DNA of 34,966 bases from a virus. Lineage: Duplodnaviria; Caudoviricetes. A program made the position numbers and the translations under genes. Shown here in pieces: positions 34,289 through 34,966 of the stretch. The DNA is taken from IMG/VR virus record IMGVR_UViG_3300027672_000035, positions 1-34,966 of that record; one strand, 5' to 3'. Position 1 is the first letter of the stretch. Every line of letters begins with the position of its first letter. The notes beneath the pieces are model-generated. The model saw nothing but the letters and a program-made list of their open reading frames with translations. It ran no database searches and was not told the origin of the DNA.

Positions 34289-34966
34289 ATGTCAAACACG
34301 ATCATTCTTAAAAAGTCTGGTGTTGGTGCTAAATCACCAATAACATCAGATCTTGCCCTCGGTGAAATAGCCCTTAATTATAGTGACGGTTTTATATTTT
34401 ACCGTGATAATGAAGCAACTCCAGCGGTACATAAGCTTAACGCAGATAACGCAGATACCGTTGACGGGTATCATTTAAACCAAGATGTCCGCACCACAGC
34501 TTCTCCGACATTTGCTGGATTAACAGTTGATACAAATACACTGTTTGTTGATGCCACTAATGATAGAGTTGGTATAGGAACTACTAGTCCTAATTCTCCT
34601 TTACAGGTGTATGGCAATGCAAAATTTGGAGCGTCACCTTCTGCTACCGTTACCGCTGGTTCAAATGGTTTAACATTGAATGCAGGTGCTAATAAGATAG
34701 GTTTTACCAACGGCAGTGCTGAAATTCGAACTCACGGGTCTCTGAGTATTGATCTTGATCAAAACAATAACCAAACAGATGAATACTTTGCTATCACTCA
34801 GAATAATGGAGCAAATGAATTATTCCGCATTAAAGCAGATGGTAACGTTGGCATAGGAACAAGTAGTCCAGATGATGGAGATTTGACATTAAACGCCCCT
34901 AATCTCCATGTTAAAGGCAGTTCTGCTTCAGGAGCTTTCCATCTTGTGCAACGCCTACAGGCAGGT
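34289..34966 (+). CDS. Tail fibre protein, truncated by the window end (absent from the ORF track)
   Basis: MSNTIILKKSGVGAKSP...LALGEIALNYSDG...; NADTVDGYH; RVGIGTTSP and NVGIGTSSP repeats; open for 226 codons. Confidence 0.85.
   Translation, partial: MSNTIILKKSGVGAKSPITSDLALGEIALNYSDGFIFYRDNEATPAVHKLNADNADTVDGYHLNQDVRTTASPTFAGLTVDTNTLFVDATNDRVGIGTTSPNSPLQVYGNAKFGASPSATVTAGSNGLTLNAGANKIGFTNGSAEIRTHGSLSIDLDQNNNQTDEYFAITQNNGANELFRIKADGNVGIGTSSPDDGDLTLNAPNLHVKGSSASGAFHLVQRLQAG

Noticed and set aside
813-34710. Many antisense or alternate-frame ORFs in the track (e.g. 1690-2049, 3863-4189, 7601-7924, 8410-8853, 15599-16132, 33008-33607, 34471-34710)
   Set aside because: They lie within well-supported genes, show no recognisable motifs and look like reading-frame shadows

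Overview
This window is a colinear segment of an AT-rich T4-like myophage genome; I found no host chromosome, tRNA, rRNA, CRISPR array or intact mobile element. From left to right it contains: (1) small early ORFs, the first three each headed by a repeated 20-bp motif; (2) a lysis cassette with a GH24 lysozyme and an Amidase_2 on +, a putative holin and overlapping spanin-like pair on -, and a bidirectional terminator between them; (3) a gp33/gp59/gp32 block followed by two accessory genes, a probable packaged head protein and a secreted EF-hand protein; (4) a minus-strand operon gp4, gp2, gp54-like, gp26, gp51-like and tape measure; (5) a plus-strand baseplate and fibre operon gp48, gp53, gp27-like, gp5, an M15-peptidase protein, an SLT-like protein, gp25, gp6, gp7, gp8, a VrlC-like protein and fibres. 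T4 late promoters (TATAAATA) and sigma70-type promoters (TTTACA-N17-TATAAT) are readable. The best new observations are an apparent programmed -1 frameshift (T TTT TTC) fusing gp26 to a start-less gp51-like frame directly upstream of the tape measure, a gp5-linked M15 peptidase plus catalytically dead SLT-like gene behind an early-type promoter, a highly structured repeated-hairpin leader in front of the last fibre gene, and a cassette-like repeat in the early region. All family assignments come from motif recognition and synteny, not database searches.
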